64,000 nucleotides of DNA from Orbicella franksi (taxonomy: Eukaryota), in contig OZ116700.1 in NCBI GenBank assembly GCA_964199315.1, forward strand, positions 32,922,001 to 32,986,000, in the 5' to 3' direction. Made by a program: the position numbers and the translations under genes. The notes under the pieces were generated by a model. That model searched no databases. It saw only the letters and a list, made by a program, of their open reading frames with translations, and had not been told where the DNA came from. Shown piece by piece: positions 63,401-64,000 of this stretch. The stretch's first letter is position 1. Each line of letters begins with the position of its first letter.

Positions 63401-63640
63401 TATACCCGGCTCTCATCTTACCACAAACTCCGTCTTTTCTCTTGTCCGTGTTTTCTCTCTTTTCACAAGCGATAACCTTCATAAGACACTCGTTGATGTA
63501 AGTTTTGCCATCAGTGCCACACACTGGTTTAACCACGGGCACACAGTCGTCTTTCTTCGGACACACACATGTGGGTGTTCCATCAGGGGCGTTATGACAC
63601 ACCGCATACTTTGGACACTTTATGATGTTGCATCCGCCTG
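45275..63640 (-). CDS. Agrin-like extracellular protein, 3' part (~1,740 aa in window): at least 15 follistatin/Kazal modules, linker, LamG, EGF, LamG, EGF, VWA; 5' end lies beyond the window
   Basis: Phase-1 symmetric Kazal exons: 63422-63640, 62712-62918, 62139-62342, 61340-61561, 60558-60782, 59676-59894, 59227-59442, 57490-57702, 56497-56706, 55803-56012, 55402-55623, 54736-54942, 54199-54405, 53531-53743, 52676-52885. All are multiples of 3 with a PVCGSDGxTY.N.C-type motif. Linker 52061-52171. LamG/EGF exons 51168-51363, 50214-50426, 49384-49631, 48978-49182, 47965-48186, 46866-47122. VWA exons 46143-46468 and 45275-45520 (DGSNS, TDG MIDAS; stop TGA). All junctions are GT-AG and phase-compatible. 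Confidence 0.9.
45888..46125. mobile_element. Intronic MITE-like element
   Basis: Imperfect TIRs GGGTTGTTCGAAAACCGGTTAACTTTAACCCAGG / CCTGGGTTAGCTTAATCGGGCTTTGAACAACTC. Confidence 0.55.
47495..47530. repeat. (AAT)n microsatellite
   Basis: Direct reading of the sequence. Confidence 0.9.
47782..47927. mobile_element. Intronic ~145-bp MITE
   Basis: 17-bp TIR CCCTTTTCACGGTTAAC / GTTAACCGTGAAAAGGG. Confidence 0.65.
48362..48403. repeat. (TTAC)n microsatellite
   Basis: Direct reading of the sequence. Confidence 0.9.
50649..50755. repeat. Perfect 48-bp-arm hairpin with GAGCGAAGCGA loop, inside an intronic interspersed repeat (~50570-51030) ending in a (GATAC)n-like tail
   Basis: GAAGATATGAATTTTATGTTCTCGTGGCAAGAACAATATCTCACGAGT and its exact reverse complement. 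Confidence 0.9.
52480..52660. repeat. Degenerate 22-bp minisatellite, ~8 units, in an intron
   Basis: Units such as CGGATGGGCAAGAGATCGTTCC, CGGATGGACAAGAGATTGTTCC and CGGATGGGCACGAACTCGTTCC. Confidence 0.8.
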
Positions 63641-64000
63641 CTGAAAAAAACAAAGAATGCACTCAAAAGAGTACACCATCTGATCACCAACCTAACTGGA
63701 GAGAACATTCATTTCTTCAACGCCAACTTAAAGGAGTTTTGTCACGGCTTGTGCATCTTGAAAACCTTAGCTTAAAATTCTTCAAGTTCGTCGTTTGTAA
63801 TCTGTGTCAATCTTCTCCATCCTTGATCATCCTTGTTCCTTTATGGTTTATTAGTATCTCTGAAGTGCTTTTCTATCGTAGTAAACTATTATTTTCAGGT
63901 TTCCTTCAATTGAAAGGTGATTTTGTACGTAGCCAAAATAACTCAAAATACCGTGACTGAGCTGCTTTGAGGAAAACTAAACACAAGCACGGGATAGTTT

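Noticed and set aside
1-64000. CRISPR array, bacterial operon or prokaryotic defence island
   Set aside because: There are no regularly spaced repeat-spacer units, and the genes have spliceosomal introns amid SINEs and MITEs. The Avs comparison is architectural analogy only.

Overview
Eukaryotic animal genomic DNA, most likely an anthozoan cnidarian such as a stony coral. This assignment is inferred from the GT-AG intron structure, the repeat families and the gene architectures. There is no bacterial operon or CRISPR array. The left two-thirds (1 to ~42,100) is a tandem array with a ~13.4-kb unit. Each unit carries a minus-strand, single-coding-exon NLR-like STAND gene: CXorf38/DUF4559-like domain with a HEPN-type RxxxxH motif, coiled coil, NB-ARC, TPRs and a duplicated TPR+beta-helix-cap module. 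Copy 1 is cut by the window edge, copy 2 is frameshifted and copy 3 is intact (1765 aa). The spacer of unit 1 holds a 10.26-kb nested DNA transposon. Its outer element has ~430-bp TIRs, a spliced integrase-type DDE transposase and a convergent RING-like gene. A 5.1-kb hAT-like element with a 5-bp TSD is inserted into the outer element's left TIR. The spacer of unit 2 holds a young, intact 4.6-kb Gypsy (Mag/SURL-like) LTR retrotransposon with identical LTRs. The right third (45,275 to >63,640) is the 3' part of an intron-rich, minus-strand agrin-like gene with at least 15 follistatin/Kazal exons, LamG-EGF-LamG-EGF and a C-terminal VWA domain. SINEs, MITEs, hairpins and microsatellites are scattered throughout. 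All identities and alignments were made by eye.
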